Source of the DNA: Chitinophagales bacterium
GTDB taxonomy: Bacteria > Bacteroidota > Bacteroidia > Chitinophagales > LD1
Length of the DNA stretch: 64,000 nucleotides
Assembly (NCBI GenBank): GCA_046329515.1
Contig: JAXLUM010000002.1
Coordinates: 1,039,113 to 1,103,112 of the forward strand
Direction: 5' to 3'
Shown: one piece after another, positions 55,912 through 64,000 of the stretch
How the letters are laid out: the number at the start of each line of letters is the position of its first letter
How positions within the stretch are numbered: position 1 is the stretch's first letter
Made by a program: the position numbers and the translations under genes
Notes under the pieces: generated by a model
Told to the model about the DNA's origin: nothing
The model's database searches: none
What the model saw: only the letters and a program-made list of their open reading frames with translations

Positions 55912-58900
55912 TTATGGATTTACAAACACTCTGTCCAATCCTACCCAGTCCTTATGCTCATTGGTATAATATAGGTAGGCCGATGAGGCGGGTGCATCAT
56001 ACTCACCGGCAATTTCTGCTTTCAGGTCAAAGTTTATTTGCTTTTCCTCACCGGGGGCAAGGTCGCGATAGTAACAGGCTACGTTGTTGCCTATTATCTC
56101 GTAGAAGTCAATTACTCCTTTTTCCTGCATTTCTTTCAACTGCCATGGCTGTGCACTAAACCCTGCAGGCAACCCTATTATTGCCATGGTCATTGGCTGG
56201 CCCTCGTTGGTTTTGTTTTTAAGGGTGGCACTCAATCTTAAAGTTTCACCAACACGTACTTGCTTAGCTCCCAATTTAGTAGTAAGGCTAACAGCGCATT
56301 GCTTACTGCTTTCAGGCAAAGTGGTATTGTAGCTTACATTCATACTATAAGGCAAGGCGTTTTTACAGCCTTTAAAGCGAACTTCAATTTGTTGCTTGCC
56401 TTGTGCCAGGTATTTTTCCAGCCCTGCTATCTCCACATTGTTGCGTTCGCCTTTGGCAAAATCTTTTGTTGCCACCACTACGCCGTTTATTAGTACCTCA
56501 ATAGTACCGGCTTCGTCGGTTTTTTTGCTGAACTCAGCATACTTGCTTAAAGCTTTAAGGGCAAGTATGGTGCTTTGTGTACTGCCAAACATGCCATAGC
56601 CTGAACGTTGGCCCACTAAAAACTTTATAGCGCCGGTTAAGGTATTCATGTCTGTTTCGTTGCTCTTCATCATAGCAAGTACCACTAAGCTTGTGGTTTC
56701 AATCTTTAAAGCATCTCCGGTGCTGCGCGTAATGCTGTGCCTTTTACCGGTCCAAAAACCTGCTTCCTGTCTGCCGTTGGTTAGTATATCCAGTAGTTCC
56801 TCACCGCGTTGTTTGTCGTTAATGTTAAACATGGTGTTAGCCATTAATGCAAGCATATATGGGTCGTTGCTTTTCTTAGCTTCTTTATAAGCTGCATTAA
56901 TTTCCTTTTCAATTAAACTGCCTTTGCCGGCTTCGCTCATGGCATATACTATATAGCAGTTAGTTATATCGGCATCTGCAGCGCCAAAACTATCCAGCGC
57001 ACGTGGGTTCTTTTTAAAGCCGCCATTACCATCTCGCTTTTCCAATAACAGCTTAACAGTGCGCTCAATCATTTTATCATCCACTTGCGCATACACTTTC
57101 TTCATGTCCACAAACTCCATCAGCCCGTAGGCGCTTAGTGCCTCATGCGCAGGTGCTGCGCCAAACCATTCATAACCGTTCTCCTTGGTTTCAAACGCTA
57201 CAAGCTTGTTATAACCACTCGCCAGTAACTGCTTTGCCTTTGCTTCAATTGCAGGGTCACTTGTTTTGGTGTTTTGCAGGTACGAAAGCGCCATTATGTT
57301 CGGATAGTTAGAAGAAGAGGTTTGCTCAAAACATCCGTAAGGCTCGCGCAGTATAGCGTCAATACCGCTCATTAAATCGCTCATTACATTAGGGTAGGCG
57401 GTAAATGTTGCTTTTAAGGAACCGGGCACCACGTTTGTTGTACTTATTACAAACTGCTTATCCAAATCCTGGCCGCTTAAACTTACGTTGGCGGGAAAGC
57501 CTTTTGCCACAACGCTCACTTCGCGATTAAAAGCATCATTGTAGCGTGCGCTTTCAAATTTTATCTCCAAGCGGCCTGTGCCAATTTCACTGCTTGCAGT
57601 GGCTTGCAGGTAAATCAATTTCGAATCTTTCGCCGGTATTACTATATCCTTGGTTTTTAAGTCCACCAACAATTGCTTTGGCGACACCACTATCATTTTA
57701 CCGTTTATCTCTTCATCAGTAGTGTTTTTCAAAAACACCGGTATCATCATTTTATCACCTGCTACCACTTCAACCGGCAATTTCACATCCATGCTAAATG
57801 GCAGTTCGGTGGAGAAGGTCTGCTCAGCGTGGCCAATAGAGCCATCATCACCAAAACCCTCAATGGTTGATTTAAAGGTGGAGATTAAATCATTCGTAAC
57901 AAATTCTACTTTGGCCCTGCCCCAACGGTCCGTTTCAATATTGCCGTTCCAATAAACGGTGCTGGCAAAGTCATTGCGTACAGTATCAGTAGCCTGGTAT
58001 TTCTTCTTTGGAAATTCTTTAGCGCGGTAAAACACAATCTGGTTGCCGGCCTCTGCATCTTTATCTGCTTTTAGCAAACCGGCCAACCGTATATCGCCAA
58101 TCTTACTTTCATCCGTAACTACTCCCGTTGCGTTTGGGTCGTTCTGCTGGTCAATTGGCTTGTCAATTACATCAGGTGGGGCAGGTAATTTTTCCAGGTC
58201 CTTTATTTCTCCTTGTGCCTGTAGTCCGTTTTCATTGCGGTCTACCTCTCCATTTTTGGCGCCCTTAAATTTTTTCTGTTCTACTTTGTTATTGGCAACG
58301 GTACGTCGCTCTTCTGCCATTCCACCTGCGGCCACCTCAACCGCGCCCATAGGGGCCATCATTACATCATCAGCCATAAACATTTCTTCCCGCACATTCT
58401 TATACCGGCCATCATATAAATAGTAGTAATTGTCCTTACCATAGGCTACAACTGTTTGCAGTTGCGTATCAAAACCGTTAGCGTCAATCTCCAACTGGTT
58501 ATCCTTGGTTATATCAAAGCGGCTCAACAAAAACTTTCCATCCTTGTCGGTCCATGCTGTTTTGTTGGTGTTTTTAAATTTCAATAAGGCGCCTGATACA
58601 GGCTTACCGGTATAGGCATCCAGTACCGTTCCTCCAAGGGTAGCCTTCTCCGCCATATATTTTACGGCAGGTAAATCCTGGTTCTGAATTTGTTTCCAGG
58701 TGTAATGGCGCCAACCGCTGGTCATTAGTAAATAGTCAAGTGCTTGCGTGGCTTTTTCTTCTTTACTGTTAAAGTAGAAGTTTGCTTCCTCTACTTTCTC
58801 TTTTAAATCTGGTTCTAACAATATCTTAGAAAGAATGTTGCCTTGCTTATCATCAGCAAAGGTTAGTTGGTTGTCATCAACCACACTCATTGAAAAATTT

Positions 58901-60324
58901 CCGGGAATAGGCAATCCATTCTGGTCGGTAACCGCAATGGTCATGTTAACCTTCTCACGTGGCTGATACTGTTTTTTATCTGTGGTAACAGAAATTTTCA
59001 GTTGCTTGTTATTGCTTACAAAAGCCAAACGCTCGCAACGGGCAATCCCTTTACTGTCAAATAAAGTTAGCTGCGAAACGCCAATAGGAAAATCTTTGGT
59101 GCTAAGCGAAAGCAGGTTGTTTCCTTTCTGCGCCTTAAACGATTTGGCGAAATAAATTTTACCGCGCGTTTGTGCTACTAACGATAACTCTTCTTGCTGC
59201 CAGCTATTTACTTTTAGTTGAATGTTGCCTGCGCTGTTTTCCTTTACACCTAAGGTATAACCTACAGTAAGCGCCTCTGGTAATTCAAATTCATCCAGTA
59301 TGCCAACCGGCTTTGTTATGCGCACCTTATATTTTTCACCACTGGCAGGTGTAAGGTTAAAGGAACCCATTCCGAAATGATAGCTGCTTAAATCAGTTAC
59401 AAACTGGCCCTTACTGTTTACTACTATACCTTCTATATCTGCAGGCTTGTCAAATTCGTTAGTGGCTCTAAAGGCAACTTTTCCTTCAATACTACTTACC
59501 ATGTCGCCGCCCTCAGGAAAGAACTCTACCTTAATTTTATTCAGCACAATGGGCACTGAGCGCGAAATGCTCTCCGTGCTGCCTTCAAAATCTATCATGG
59601 CGTTTACAAGGCCATCAATAGTGTTAAGGTCTTTGGGCAGAACAAATTTCAACTGCGCCTTGCCTTCCGCATCGGTAGTTATTGATTTTACTTCCAGCTC
59701 TTTACCCGCCAGCATTGAGGAGAACTTCACTTTAGTATTTGCCAATGGCTGGTTGGCGTTGGTGTTTAATTCCAGTTTGGCAACCACCTCATCGCCTTTG
59801 CCATAAACCTTTTTCTCAAAATCAAGTTTCATTTTAAGGCGGGGCATTACCACGCTTTGCACAGTAATCTCTTTTTCAAACAATAGCGCACTGTCGGCAT
59901 TTTGCTGCCATTGGGTGTAGGCTTTTATTTTATAAATGCCGCCTACCATGCCGCTTAAATCAAAATCGCCCTGGGCGGCTCCGTTTTTAGCCACCAGCTT
60001 ATAGTGTTTGGCGGTAGTGCCTTTAGGCGTAATAAATTCTACGTGTAGTATGTCTGAGTTTTCAGATGGTTTCAGGGTTTGTTCATCGCGCACGTAGGCG
60101 GTAAACCAAATAGTTTCGCCGGGGCTGTAAAGTGTTTTGTCGGTTTGCAGGTAAAGCCGGTCCTGTTTGGCTTGTTCGTTAAAGGATGTAAATTTTTTTC
60201 GCAGGCTTGTTACAAATTCTGATTCATAAACTTCTACAAAGTAATTGGTGGTTATAGCGGCCACCACCATTCCTACGGCAAGCAGGGCAAATGCCGTAAG
60301 GCTAAGCTTTTGATATTTTCTCAT
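55912..60324 (-). CDS. Alpha-2-macroglobulin family protein with thioester motif
   Basis: GCFEQ (CxEQ thioester) at nt 57322-57336. MG-domain-like repeats, a CarboxypepD_reg-like insert (GTVLDAYTGKPVSGALLKF) and an N-terminal anchor helix. The ATG at 60324 is preferred. Confidence 0.8.
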   Translation of the reverse strand: MRKYQKLSLTAFALLAVGMVVAAITTNYFVEVYESEFVTSLRKKFTSFNEQAKQDRLYLQTDKTLYSPGETIWFTAYVRDEQTLKPSENSDILHVEFITPKGTTAKHYKLVAKNGAAQGDFDLSGMVGGIYKIKAYTQWQQNADSALLFEKEITVQSVVMPRLKMKLDFEKKVYGKGDEVVAKLELNTNANQPLANTKVKFSSMLAGKELEVKSITTDAEGKAQLKFVLPKDLNTIDGLVNAMIDFEGSTESISRSVPIVLNKIKVEFFPEGGDMVSSIEGKVAFRATNEFDKPADIEGIVVNSKGQFVTDLSSYHFGMGSFNLTPASGEKYKVRITKPVGILDEFELPEALTVGYTLGVKENSAGNIQLKVNSWQQEELSLVAQTRGKIYFAKSFKAQKGNNLLSLSTKDFPIGVSQLTLFDSKGIARCERLAFVSNNKQLKISVTTDKKQYQPREKVNMTIAVTDQNGLPIPGNFSMSVVDDNQLTFADDKQGNILSKILLEPDLKEKVEEANFYFNSKEEKATQALDYLLMTSGWRHYTWKQIQNQDLPAVKYMAEKATLGGTVLDAYTGKPVSGALLKFKNTNKTAWTDKDGKFLLSRFDITKDNQLEIDANGFDTQLQTVVAYGKDNYYYLYDGRYKNVREEMFMADDVMMAPMGAVEVAAGGMAEERRTVANNKVEQKKFKGAKNGEVDRNENGLQAQGEIKDLEKLPAPPDVIDKPIDQQNDPNATGVVTDESKIGDIRLAGLLKADKDAEAGNQIVFYRAKEFPKKKYQATDTVRNDFASTVYWNGNIETDRWGRAKVEFVTNDLISTFKSTIEGFGDDGSIGHAEQTFSTELPFSMDVKLPVEVVAGDKMMIPVFLKNTTDEEINGKMIVVSPKQLLVDLKTKDIVIPAKDSKLIYLQATASSEIGTGRLEIKFESARYNDAFNREVSVVAKGFPANVSLSGQDLDKQFVISTTNVVPGSLKATFTAYPNVMSDLMSGIDAILREPYGCFEQTSSSNYPNIMALSYLQNTKTSDPAIEAKAKQLLASGYNKLVAFETKENGYEWFGAAPAHEALSAYGLMEFVDMKKVYAQVDDKMIERTVKLLLEKRDGNGGFKKNPRALDSFGAADADITNCYIVYAMSEAGKGSLIEKEINAAYKEAKKSNDPYMLALMANTMFNINDKQRGEELLDILTNGRQEAGFWTGKRHSITRSTGDALKIETTSLVVLAMMKSNETDMNTLTGAIKFLVGQRSGYGMFGSTQSTILALKALSKYAEFSKKTDEAGTIEVLINGVVVATKDFAKGERNNVEIAGLEKYLAQGKQQIEVRFKGCKNALPYSMNVSYNTTLPESSKQCAVSLTTKLGAKQVRVGETLRLSATLKNKTNEGQPMTMAIIGLPAGFSAQPWQLKEMQEKGVIDFYEIIGNNVACYYRDLAPGEEKQINFDLKAEIAGEYDAPASSAYLYYTNEHKDWVGLDRVFVNP

Positions 60325-60543
60325 TGCATTCGGGTTTGTGGGAAAAGGATGGAAAGGGCAACCAAATTCCACAAAACCCGTTTGCATTATTATTAGAAGA
60401 TGCCTTTGCTGCTATGAGAATGTACCGGTGGAAACACCGGTTTTTAGCCCGGTTGACCTATTTACTAAACTTATGATTATCAACTGTTAAAACTCATTCG
60501 GCCGGGGCTTGGTCAAATGCTATTAAATACCAAACTTTAGGCG

Positions 60544-61137
60544 TTGGCAAAAGAAACCTTCACCGGCATTTCAGACGAGGAGTTGGTACACCGTTACCGT
60601 AACTCCTTTGATACCGCTTACATAGGTGAGCTGTATCAGCGTTATACCCACCTCGTGTTCGGTGTTTGCATGAAATATTTCAAAAATGAAATGGAAAGCG
60701 AAGATGCTACCATGCAGATTTTTGAAAAATTAATTACTGATTTAAAAAAGCATCATATAACCGCTTTTAAGCCCTGGTTACATACAGTAGTCAAAAACCA
60801 CTGTATGATGCACTTCCGCAAAGAAAGCAGCGAGAGTAAAAAGAAGACCGAACTGAAGTTTGAGAAGGGTGAGGTTGTGGAAAATCCGGAAGTCAATCAT
60901 CTACAGGAAGCTGAAGACAAGGAATTCATTTTGCAGTATTTGAAAGAGGGCATTGATGAATTGAAAGATGAACAGCGAACATGTATAGAGTTGTTTTACC
61001 TTAAAGACTGCAGTTATGCGGAAATAACCAACATAACGGGTTTTTCAATAAATGAGGTAAAGAGCTATATACAGAACGGAAAACGAAATTTGAAAAATTA
61101 TATAACCGCCAGAAATGAGCAACTTAAAAAAGAGTGA
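60544..61137 (+). CDS. ECF-type RNA polymerase sigma-70 factor
   Basis: Region 2 (FKPWLHTVVKNHCMMHFRK) and region 4 HTH (CSYAEITNITGFSINEVKSYIQNGKRNLK). TTG start in the track. Confidence 0.75.
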   Translation: MAKETFTGISDEELVHRYRNSFDTAYIGELYQRYTHLVFGVCMKYFKNEMESEDATMQIFEKLITDLKKHHITAFKPWLHTVVKNHCMMHFRKESSESKKKTELKFEKGEVVENPEVNHLQEAEDKEFILQYLKEGIDELKDEQRTCIELFYLKDCSYAEITNITGFSINEVKSYIQNGKRNLKNYITARNEQLKKE

Positions 61138-62383
61138 CGATTTTCTGAAGGACGGGGTAATAAGCGAAGAGGCAATGATTGCCTACCTCAACAACACCCT
61201 AAGTTCTGATGAAAAACAGCAGTTTGAAAAATTGCTGGCGGAGGACCCTTTTGCCCAGGATGCACTGGAGGGTTTGCAGGCAGCACAAAATAAAGCTGCC
61301 GTTACAGCATCTATTGCTAATGTGCGTAACAAAGTGCGCGAACGTAGCGGCGCCCGCGAGCGTAAGCTGGTAAAATTACACTGGACCAACTATGCGTGGG
61401 CCGCTGCTGTATTTGGTTTACTTATAGGCATTGGCTTTTTAATGGTAAACTACGTAGGTAAGAATAACACCACCGGTATTGCACAAAACAAAACTGCTGA
61501 ACAAAGCGAAACATCAAAACCTATTTTTGAAGAAAAGGCTGCGGAAACACAAATTCAACCGCAGGGGGGTGTTACAACAACCGATTCAACTATTGTAAAC
61601 ATGGCACCCGGCACTTATACAGTAACGGTACAGGATGCTAACGGTTCTACAAGTTATCCTTTGCAGCAAAAAATGGAGAGCAAGAAAGAAGGCGACAATG
61701 CAAATACCAAGAGCCTTGCTGCCAACAAACAAACTGCCTTTGCGCCTGACACTACAAGATATATGTACAACTCGGGCCGCACTATGAACTCTACCATTAC
61801 GGCCAATGGTACCGGTGGAGCAGCGCCAGCTGCAGCCAATACCTATAACTGGACCACCGATAAAAGTGTGGCCCAGGATGATGCTCCCAAGGCCGATGAA
61901 GTAGTGGTTACAGGCAGTAAGATGGAAAAAGATGCTGGGCTTAAAAAGAATTTTAAAGCAAAGGTTCCGGTAGCTAATGAAGAGCAGAGTAAAATGCGTG
62001 AGGCTAATACAGAAACCTTAGCCGAACGAAAAGAAGGCGAAAGCACCATTGACGATGCCATGAAAAGCTTTAACAGTGGCGACTACAAAAAATCGTCTGA
62101 CCAGTTTGATGCTGTATTAAAGCAACAACCTGAAAATCCTGATGCACTTTACTTCGGAGGCATAAGCGATTACATTAATGGCAAAAGCAATAAGAGCGAA
62201 AAGAATTTTGATAAACTGCTGAAAGACGGCAAGCGCTACATTGATGGCAGCAAATGGTATAAAGCCAATATACTTTTAAAGAAAGGTAAAACAGAAGAAG
62301 CCAAAAAGTTACTTCAGGAGTTAGCCAACACTAATGGCTCTTACAAGGAACGTGCCCTTAAGAAAATGGAGGAGGTGAAGTAA
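61115..62383 (+). CDS. Anti-sigma-like single-pass membrane protein with C-terminal TPR-like region
   Basis: Overlaps the sigma gene by 23 nt. One TM helix (YAWAAAVFGLLIGIGFLMVNYV). The C-terminus has TPR-like helices. Confidence 0.5.
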   Translation: MSNLKKSDDFLKDGVISEEAMIAYLNNTLSSDEKQQFEKLLAEDPFAQDALEGLQAAQNKAAVTASIANVRNKVRERSGARERKLVKLHWTNYAWAAAVFGLLIGIGFLMVNYVGKNNTTGIAQNKTAEQSETSKPIFEEKAAETQIQPQGGVTTTDSTIVNMAPGTYTVTVQDANGSTSYPLQQKMESKKEGDNANTKSLAANKQTAFAPDTTRYMYNSGRTMNSTITANGTGGAAPAAANTYNWTTDKSVAQDDAPKADEVVVTGSKMEKDAGLKKNFKAKVPVANEEQSKMREANTETLAERKEGESTIDDAMKSFNSGDYKKSSDQFDAVLKQQPENPDALYFGGISDYINGKSNKSEKNFDKLLKDGKRYIDGSKWYKANILLKKGKTEEAKKLLQELANTNGSYKERALKKMEEVK

Positions 62384-62388
62384 ACTAC

Positions 62389-62824
62389 ACCCCTAAATCC
62401 CCTAAAGGGGACTTGAATACAATGGGCAAGGATAGCATGTTTTATGGGGCTGATGTCATTCTCTTTGAAAAGGCCAAGCACTTGCGTAACAACATGACAC
62501 CGTCAGAAAAACTGTTATGGCAAAGGTTATCCAACAATCAATTATCAGTAAGATTTAAACCGCAACACCCGCTTTTTCAATATATAGTAGACTTTTATTG
62601 CCATCCCGCCAAACTTGTAATTGAAGTTGATGGTGATGTCCACTTTAACGAAGCTCAACAGCAAGAAGATGTAAAGACGACGGAGGAAATAGAAGCCTTA
62701 GGTCTCTTGCTTATTCGCTTTACTAACAAGGAAGTTTTTGCAGATTTGGATAGTGTAATTAAACAAATTAAGTCTGTAGTAGGTACAAGACTTTCTCAAA
62801 GTCCCCTTTAGGGGATTTAGGGGT
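62389..62824. mobile_element. DUF559 gene bracketed by a perfect 26-bp inverted repeat (candidate selfish or insertion module)
   Basis: ACCCCTAAATCCCCTAAAGGGGACTT at 62389-62414 is the exact reverse complement of 62799-62824. Confidence 0.45.
62422..62811 (+). CDS. DUF559 (Vsr/restriction-endonuclease-like fold) domain protein
   Basis: MTPSEKLLWQRL ... FKPQHPLFQYIVDFYCHPAKLVIEVDGDVH ... LIRFTN pattern is typical of DUF559. Confidence 0.75.
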   Translation: MGKDSMFYGADVILFEKAKHLRNNMTPSEKLLWQRLSNNQLSVRFKPQHPLFQYIVDFYCHPAKLVIEVDGDVHFNEAQQQEDVKTTEEIEALGLLLIRFTNKEVFADLDSVIKQIKSVVGTRLSQSPL

Positions 62825-63950
62825 TTAATTTCAGCCTCGTCCAGTAGATGTAGGTTTTTCCCAGCTGCCCGCTTATCCAGTTTTTCTTCCTGCCTTTAAT
62901 ATCGCTGCTATAATTCATTAGCAGATAAGTGTTGTCATCTATCTTACTTATACCTGCATAAGAGCAATCACCCGTACTCGGAAAATCAGCCACCACTGAA
63001 AGGGTAAGCGAGTCTTTATCCAACTTATATAAGGCAGTAGTTTTTTTAGTAAAGGAGTAACGCAACAGGTTTCTGAACTTTCCTTGCTTCTCACTTTTGC
63101 GGCGCTTTACTTTATCCATTTCACCGTCTGCGTTTTTCCGGGCCACCACATAAACTTCGTCCTTATGTAAAAACATCAAGGCGCTGTCGTACTTATATTT
63201 TGTGCGTTTGTAATTCCATTGTTGCATTGCGCCTTTCTTAGCCTTGCATACCAGCGCTCCTGTTCCTTCCAAGCGAACCGTGGAGTACATATCGCCTTTG
63301 CTGTCAAAAATAAACTCACCTTCTTCTGCGCTCAGTACATCTATTTGCGGCTCTTTTGAAACAGCCTGCCAGTTAAAACCTGTTGTGCTGCTGAACAATC
63401 GCAAATCGCTGTGGTGGCTTTTCTTATATAAACCACGCCCGTAATAGGCTGATAGATACAGGGTGTCGTTCAATACCCGCATTCGCCAGGGCACATAACC
63501 ATCAAGGTTTACGCTTTTGGGCGTACTCCAGTTCTTATTGCCCGCGCTTTGGCATAATAAAACCAACTTCGGTTCAAACTTAAACATATGCGTTCCGCCC
63601 GTAAAAAATATCAGGCTAAGCGTATCATGATATACCACAAAACGCGGCTCGCGTAAATCGCAGCCATAACTAAGTTCGGTTTCATACGTCCAATTCTCCA
63701 GGTCCGCCGAACTTACAATGTACAATACTGTTTTCTTTGAGGCAAAATGCGTGGGTGCCGTGCGAAAGGCTAAATAATACCGGTCTTTATAGCGCGCTAT
63801 ATCAAGGTTGTTATTGCTATGCTGTATTTTGCATTCGTGTGGTAGCTTACCGCTGGTTGTAAGGTTCTTCCACTCATCGTATTTTACTTCCTGTGAAAAA
63901 AGGGGAGAAGAAATTAAAAGCAGGATGAGAACCTTAAAGCAGCGGAGCAT
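62817..63950 (-). CDS. Hypothetical secreted protein (possible beta-propeller with degenerate Asp-box-like motifs)
   Basis: Signal peptide MLRCFKVLILLLISSPLFSQ. SADLENWT and STTGFNW weakly resemble Asp-boxes. Confidence 0.3.
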   Translation of the reverse strand: MLRCFKVLILLLISSPLFSQEVKYDEWKNLTTSGKLPHECKIQHSNNNLDIARYKDRYYLAFRTAPTHFASKKTVLYIVSSADLENWTYETELSYGCDLREPRFVVYHDTLSLIFFTGGTHMFKFEPKLVLLCQSAGNKNWSTPKSVNLDGYVPWRMRVLNDTLYLSAYYGRGLYKKSHHSDLRLFSSTTGFNWQAVSKEPQIDVLSAEEGEFIFDSKGDMYSTVRLEGTGALVCKAKKGAMQQWNYKRTKYKYDSALMFLHKDEVYVVARKNADGEMDKVKRRKSEKQGKFRNLLRYSFTKKTTALYKLDKDSLTLSVVADFPSTGDCSYAGISKIDDNTYLLMNYSSDIKGRKKNWISGQLGKTYIYWTRLKLNP

Positions 63951-64000
63951 GGGAATAAAATTTTATGCGGGTATAATCGTAATATGAATGTAATGGCAGA

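Noticed and set aside
1-64000. CRISPR arrays, rRNA genes, transposases and integrases
   Set aside because: I saw no regularly spaced direct repeats with unique spacers, no rRNA-like segments and no DDE, serine- or tyrosine-recombinase-like translations in any frame of the supplied ORF track.

Overview
The window looks like chromosomal DNA from a Bacteroidota organism, probably Sphingobacteriia or Chitinophagia. This rests on two T9SS C-terminal sorting domains, TAnnTTTG-type promoter boxes, a Lys/Ala-rich histone-H1-like protein and REP-like mini-hairpin repeats. It has three parts. (1) nt 1-30,860 is a tightly packed glycan or glycolipid assembly and export locus. It extends past the left edge of the window. 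It contains a Wzm/Wzt ABC exporter, two GT2 enzymes, a WecE-like sugar aminotransferase and three large polytopic membrane proteins. Its other content is very unusual. There are ten PhyH-type Fe(II)/2-oxoglutarate dioxygenase domains in eight genes, two of which are tandem fusions. There is one further 2OG-oxygenase-like gene, two B12-binding radical SAM enzymes, a KASIII/ACP/adenylate-ligase cassette, a class I methyltransferase, an orphan cytochrome bd subunit-I-like protein and a membrane-anchored diheme cytochrome c. This is my best candidate for an undescribed system. (2) nt 30,800-45,800 is housekeeping: glpD, heme A synthase, gcvT, lpxD, tag, membrane pyrophosphatase and tRNA-Asn. (3) An AT-rich islet of about 3 kb lies directly 3' of tRNA-Asn. 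It carries a caspase-family (C14) protease beside an uncharacterised protein with a glycine-zipper-like hydrophobic tail, a possible conflict or cell-death module. After it come assorted envelope and secreted proteins: a GH16 lipoprotein, a thioester alpha-2-macroglobulin, an ECF sigma/anti-sigma pair, and a DUF559 endonuclease-like gene bracketed by a perfect 26-bp inverted repeat. I found no CRISPR array, rRNA, integrase or transposase. All functional calls come from motif recognition by eye on the supplied translations. No database search was run.
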